Source: the human T2T-CHM13v2.0 reference genome, Homo sapiens
Assembly (NCBI RefSeq): GCF_009914755.1
Contig: NC_060936.1
Direction: 5' to 3' (one strand)
Length of the DNA stretch: 64,000 bases
The notes beneath the pieces were generated by a model. That model was not told the origin of the DNA. It ran no database searches and saw only the letters and a list, made by a program, of their open reading frames with translations. Positions 58,050 through 64,000 of this stretch are shown piece after piece. Each line of letters begins with the position of its first letter. Within the stretch, counting starts at the first letter, position 1. Made by a program: the position numbers and the translations under genes.

Positions 58050-60487
58050 CAAGCAGACCAAGCTGAGATTTTCTTCTCCTTACCTTTTTATTAGGCTTAT
58101 TTTTTTAATGCCTTTATTTTACTTTTGTAATCATAAAAACATATTCAAAGATATGTTTTTTAAACCCATATTCCATATCTTATGTAACTATTACCATTAT
58201 TGCGTCCTGCCTTACAGAGTATATCGAAGTATTTTTATACCATTGAGATCAGTCTGTAATATGTTACGTCTCTTTTGTAACTTAACGTTGCCAAAGTACT
58301 TTGCTTGTCCCATACTTAGCTTTTTAAATAACTGATTAAGTGGATGGACCTGAATTTATTTAGAAAGCCCCCTATCGCGGGGCACCTGGGTTGTTTGTTC
58401 TCAGCGTTTTAGTATAAATAAACCAGTGGCAGACATTTCCACGACAATATGGCACTGCCTTTTCCCCCCATTCTGAATCATGGAGCACAGGGAGCTGCTG
58501 TGAGGGATTTCTAGTCCGAGTTTCTGCCCTTCCTAACTTTATTTTGTCACCCCTCTCCTGGCCTTCACACCCAACATAGAAATTGGGGAACAAAGTCAAA
58601 AGCTGGCACCAGATGAGTGAAGGGGCCAGGGAAGAGGCAGGGAGCCAGGAATGGCCTGCGGGAGGAGAGGGAGGGACCCCGCGTGGTGCCCCTTTTACTC
58701 CTCCAGTCCCTCCTTGTTGCAGCTCCGGGGGTGTCTGTGCCCAGGACTGGTTACGGGCCATGTGGGAGACTTTCACTTTAACCTCAAAACTTCTAAAAGA
58801 ATCTAAAAAGGAAACACTTTCTGTCCACGTGATTCAACCTTACTCAAGGGATGCACGTTGCCTTTTGGAAACCTTTCCTGGGATACTTCATCAGTCCCCT
58901 AGAGGGGCTGTCACTGACACTTGTAATTGTAGGACTGAATGCTGAGAGGCTGCAAAGCTAGCTGGACTCAGAGGCATCCATGTGAAATTCTGAGCCATTT
59001 AACCAGGAGTCGCAAATGCAAGGGACAGGTGAAAGGAGGAGGTGGGTAAGGAAGCGGGTGGAATGACCATGCCCTGCAGGCTGTGAGAGGCGGGGAGGGT
59101 GGCCGGCTGCACCCTCTCAGAGGACACATCCATTCTTTAGGCTCTAGAGCCTTCCCAGGTGGGAATGCCGGCTGTCAGTTGCCAGATCTCTGGATTTTTC
59201 TAGACCTGCTGAAAATCCAGAAATCTTTCAATTTTTTAACATTTGCTTGGATGTTTAAAATCCCTGTGCAAATCAAACAAAACGTATATTGTTCAGGAAA
59301 AATTGTTCATCAGGAAGTAAATCATGTGCAAAAGTGGCCTGTTTGAGTCAAAATAATGCCTGTTTTCTTTAGGAGGTTGATTGCCTGTATTGTCCAGGTA
59401 CAGAGTTTGCAGCAAAACAGCTGTCTGGGAACTCGACTGTGCCTCTTTTGGAGGGACTTAGAAAGAAGGCCAGCTGTTTCAAAGACTCAGCTGCCCCTCA
59501 TTTTCACCACACGAGCCCTCCTAAACAGAGCACATCGCACAGACGCTCCTGTATTTCCAGCAGATGCTATAAACACGCATCTGAGCTCCGGTTCTTATGG
59601 CTGTAAGTGTCAGCCCTAATTGGGATCCTGGTGCCTGGCGTGGAGTTCTCTCTCCCTGCTCCTCTTGTGACCCAGCTTCTAGTTTGATGGGGTGGTCTCT
59701 GGGCCAGTGTTCCCCATCCGTTCTTGGAGGAGACTGGGATCCACACACTTCCATAGAACAGTGAGTGATGCCTCTCCTGTTCTTCCCCCTCCCTGGAACA
59801 GAAGCAGCTGCTGCATCCCCAAGCTCCTTAATTCAAGAGCCAGCATCGTGCTTCAGGGACTCTCTGCTGCAGGGGAGAAAAGTAAATCAGGCAGGTAATA
59901 AAACGAGAAGGCTCTTTCCAAAAAAACAAAAAACAAAACAAAACCCAAAATCGTTGAAAATGGTGAATAAAATGCCCATTAGTATTCCTTTAAGCAGTCT
60001 CAGTTGCATACCTTATATACATAACTGTGCTTGGCTATTTGTTTTGGAGAATTCTGGAACAGGAACGTGCTCATAGCTGCTTAAACAGTTTTCAACAGTG
60101 CTTAGAGGAATGAAGTGCTAAAATAATCTGCTTTTCCCTAAAGGAAATTGCTCAGACCAACTGCCTTCTGTAAGAGATATTTGAAGATTGCAAACTACCA
60201 CAAATTAAAATCTCCCAACCAATGGCATAAACTTACATTTTGGGTCCCCTCCTAAAACAAGTTAAAAACGTCTCCCACTCCACACACGCAAAACTTATAG
60301 CAGGCTTCTGTGAGCATCTGCAGCAGGATAATTTATTGATACACAAGTTGTGTGGGTCTCCATAAAATTGTCCCTCCTTTTCACCTTCAGTAGGCTTCAG
60401 GCCTTTGGCTTCCTGGACTCCATAGGGGTTTGTGGCAAACGTTGACTGTTAAAGCCCAAGATCATTGAGGTTATTGTTGTTGCCTAA

Positions 60488-60792
60488 CTTTTTTTTTTTT
60501 TTTTCTTTGATACAAGATCTCATTCTGTCACTTAGGCTGGAATGCAGTGGCACGGTCATGGCTCACTGCAGCCTCGACCTCCTGGGTTCAGGTGATCCTC
60601 CCATATCAGTCTCTTGAGTGACTGGGACTGCATGTATGCACCACCACACCCAGCTAGTTTTTGTTTTTTTGTGTGTGGAAAAAGGGTCTCATTGTGTTGC
60701 CCAGGTTGGCCTCAAACTCTTGGGCTCAGTGATCCTCCCACCTCGGCCTCCCAAAGTGCTGAGGTTACAGGCCTGAGCCACTGTGCCTGGCC
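60488..60792 (-). mobile_element. AluJ
   Basis: Antisense Alu with J-type positions. Confidence 0.85.
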
Positions 60793-61254
60793 CAAGTTGT
60801 CTGTCATTTGTAGACACTAAACTCTTCCAAGAGAATTTGCTGGAGGCATTGGGGTGGTGGGTGGAGAGTAGGGGAGAGGAACAGTTGAGGAGAGGCTGTG
60901 AAAGAGCCTGAAGGAAGATTTTACTGGAGACCGAAGGGCCAGATCTGGCATCCCAAGCCTCGATTTGATGTTTGAAATGGTGAAGGGGCTTCTCCATTGC
61001 TTGATTCTGTTTCAAAATGCAAGCCCCACAGTTTATCATCCCATCAAGACTACCTACCATGGAGGAAATGAATTTTCCCAAAGGAAGTCAGGATGTGTCT
61101 ATAGAGGAGGAATAGATGCTGGGCAGTGAAAGCTGATGTGTAGGACATGGCGCCCATGAGAACCTGCACAGTGTTGGACAGTTTGTCCACACCATCACCC
61201 ATTTCCACTATACAGTGAGTATTAATATGATCCATTTTCAAATTATGACACTCT

Positions 61255-61766
61255 GTGTTATAGGTTGTACTTTTTTCAGAAATATTCCAAGGAACATACT
61301 CTCCATGTCCCCAACCCACAGGCTCTTCTGGAACCTCTCTACTCTCCCATGAACAGGTGGCAACTTTGTCTTCTCCCCTTGAAACTGGGTGGGCTGTAGT
61401 GACTGGTTGACTCATAGTGCTGAGCAGAAGTGATGCTATGTAACTTTCAAAGCTAAATCATAAAAGCGCCCTGCACCAACATGGAGGGAGCCCTATTGTC
61501 CAAAGCCACCATGCTGTGAGGAAGCCCAACTATCCCATGTGGAAAGGCCAAAAGGAGGACCCCCGAGCCTTGTGAATAGAGCATGGTGTCCAGCTGCCCC
61601 TGACTGCTCCTGCCACTATCTGACAGCAACTGCATGAGAGACCCAAGCCAAAGACACCCAGCTAAGCCCTTCCAGGACTCTTGATTCACAGAAACAATGA
61701 AAAACAATAAAATGATTGCTTTTGTTTTATACCACTACGTTTTGGGGTGATTTGTAGCATAGCAAC
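61255..61766 (+). mobile_element. MLT1E/F/G-type LTR
   Basis: gccaccatgctgtgaggaagccca...caactgcatgagagaccc...ttttggggtgatttgt. Confidence 0.75.
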
Positions 61767-62704
61767 ATGAAAGTGAAAAACAGGGGAACTCCTCTGAGTT
61801 CAACTACTTGCCAAGCCCAACAGCTACTAAAGATCAGTGTCAATATTTTAGTCCTCTTCTTTATGGTTCTAAATGCCCCTTCTTCTCCCCCAACAAGGAA
61901 GAGATTCCTAATTAAAGAGATATTGACGGGTTTGTCATCTTACACCAAGGGACCCTTCCCACTTCCCAGCCCAGCATTACCTCTGGAAGCTTATTTCTTT
62001 TGGCACCCAAGCCTCATTTAAGGTATTTCATGGCCAGAATGAGGAGTTTCTGCTTTCTTCATTCCCATCATAGTCTGACATGTGGTCCCCAGTCAAAACT
62101 GAAAATGTATGAAGCAAATATATCTCTCAGCATCTGTCCTGAAATGATTTATTGTATCAAGTTAACAAGTCTCTCAAGCTCTTGCCAGACCAGTAATTAG
62201 TTTTAGGGGAAGGCTGGGAAGCTGATACTCTGGCCTCTGACATAAAGCAGGTGCATTTCAGAACTAATGTCTCGCCTTAGAGACCCTGCCTTACCAAGAG
62301 GCACAGGTGAGGTCCTCCCCCTGAAACCATGCCTCTGTTACTGGTCCTCAGACAGCAAACTGGACACTAGAGCAGGATTTTGGGACTAGATTTCTAATAT
62401 CCCCAAGGCTCTGTGTGTCTCAGAGAACATATTCACAGTCTTCTCAGCCACCACTGAGCCACCATGCTATGCAAAGTTCATCCACTTTGGAAAACCCTTC
62501 AGATTTCACAGACTCTTGTTATTGAGGCTCCTTCTCATATCTGGCTGATCTTCACAAGACAGTGGCAAACTGCAGTAGAAATGAGCAGTTGCCTTTTTAT
62601 TTTTAATTTAATGGATCTTTTTTCTACATCAGAGGTCAAGTGTTTGCTGACATCGTGCCCAAATTTCAAGTACTCCACAAAGCAATATGGCGCCACAAAT
62701 AACA

Positions 62705-62900
62705 ACGTGGCCTCTTGAGCCAGCCCGGCAACTTGGATTCACATCTTGGCTCTTCTGCGTGGAAGTCGCGCGGTTTCGCGCACATTAGTCAGTCTCCTTG
62801 GCTCTTACATGAAAATGAGATGATAAGTAATAATAGTACCTTTGCTGAGGAGTGCTTGTGAGGATTAAGTGGGTTAGTATATGAGGGGTGCCCACCTGGA
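62705..62900 (+). mobile_element. MIR
   Basis: aaaatgagatgataag...aatagtacc...gtgaggattaagtg. Confidence 0.55.
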
Positions 62901-63025
62901 GTGTTAGTTGTGTTTTCTATGGAACAAGGCCTCCTTAAGTTCTTCCTGACATTTTTTACACAGTGGTACAGAATATCTTGCATTATAATTGTGGCAGAGA
63001 CACAGCACTATTTTCCCTTGGTGGC

Positions 63026-63388
63026 TGATGTGATTTGGCTGTGTCCCCACCCAAATCTCACCTTGAATTGTAGCTCCCATAATCCCCACATGTCATGGGA
63101 GGGACCCGGTGGGAGGGAATTGAATCATGGGGCTGGGCTTTTCCCATGCTGTTCTCATGATAGTGAATAAGTCTCATGAGATCTGATTGTTGTATAAATG
63201 GCAGTTCCCCTGCACATGCTGTCTTACCTGCCACCATGTAAGATGTGACTTTGCTCCTCCTTTGCCTTCCACCATGATCATGAGGCCTCCCCAACCATGC
63301 TGAACTGAGAGTCAATTAAACCTCTGTCCTTCATAAATCATAAGTCTCGGGTATGTCTTTACTAGCAGCATGAGAATAGACTAATACA
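63026..63388 (+). mobile_element. THE1B-like solo LTR
   Basis: TG...CA ends, THE1 consensus, perfect TSD gtggc (63021-63025 / 63389-63393). Confidence 0.9.
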
Positions 63389-63871
63389 GTGGCACATGCC
63401 AACCACTGAGCTATACTGCCCTGCTGACTTTGATCCACTCCAAATTCCCACTGGAAGCTCTATCCTGTCCACCTCCCTCTTCCTTTCAGTGGCTGGTTGG
63501 CTCTGGCCTTTACTCCCACCCTCAGGGCAACCTGTAGGTAAAAGAGAGGGCAGTGCCCAGTCAGAGGGCACCTGGTGATTGACTATTCTTTGCTTTGACT
63601 ATTTATAAGCCAACACTAAAGGTCCTAGGCTTGTTGCAATTTGTCACTTTCCTAAGGTATATTCCCCCTTGTTCCTACTTTTGTTATTTTTATAATCTTG
63701 ATTTATTTGGGGGTAAAATGTAATACATTTACATAGTTCCAAACTCAAAAAGTATACAGACTTATATACAAATATCTACTTCTGCCTCCAGCCACCCAGT
63801 GCAAGCCCCCAGAGGTGATCAACATTTGCAGTTTAACACATACCTTTCCGAAAATATTTCATGCATATGCA

Positions 63872-63903
<32 letters not shown>

Positions 63904-63970
63904 GACACACACAGACACACACACAAACACATACACACACAAACACACACACAGACACACACACACACAC
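63872..63970 (+). repeat. Compound (CA)n microsatellite
   Basis: Read directly from the sequence. Confidence 0.9.
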
Positions 63971-64000
63971 ATTTCCTCTCCCACTGCAACTTCAAACAAT

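Overview
Primate (almost certainly human) genomic DNA, dominated by interspersed repeats: L1PA/L1M LINEs, about 20 Alu segments, MIR/L2, MaLR/ERV solo LTRs (THE1, MLT1, MER4/MER39/MER21/LTR16/LTR19 types), DNA-transposon relics (MER2, MER20, MER30, MER63, MER94) and microsatellites. The only protein-coding sequence I can support is one 147-nt internal exon on the + strand (48733-48879, RAKVKKGVNILSAQTREPRQWGVKQEVGSGGKHVTATVACQRLGPSPRN). I recognise it as TMEM132C, probably exon 3, so the rest of the window is the flanking introns. All other short ORFs are repeat-derived or chance. I see no CRISPR, rRNA/tRNA or prokaryotic system. The most notable oddities are: (i) an antisense L1PA 5' end whose ORF0 frame and second splice donor are in phase with the TMEM132C exon; (ii) an LTR19-like element with 75-bp terminal inverted repeats made of two U5 ends, inserted with a TSD into MER20; (iii) a short L1 insertion whose tail contains an inverted 42-nt copy of sequence 1 kb upstream; (iv) several other locally templated duplications and fold-backs. 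Repeat subfamily names come from my memory of the consensus sequences and need RepeatMasker/Dfam confirmation.
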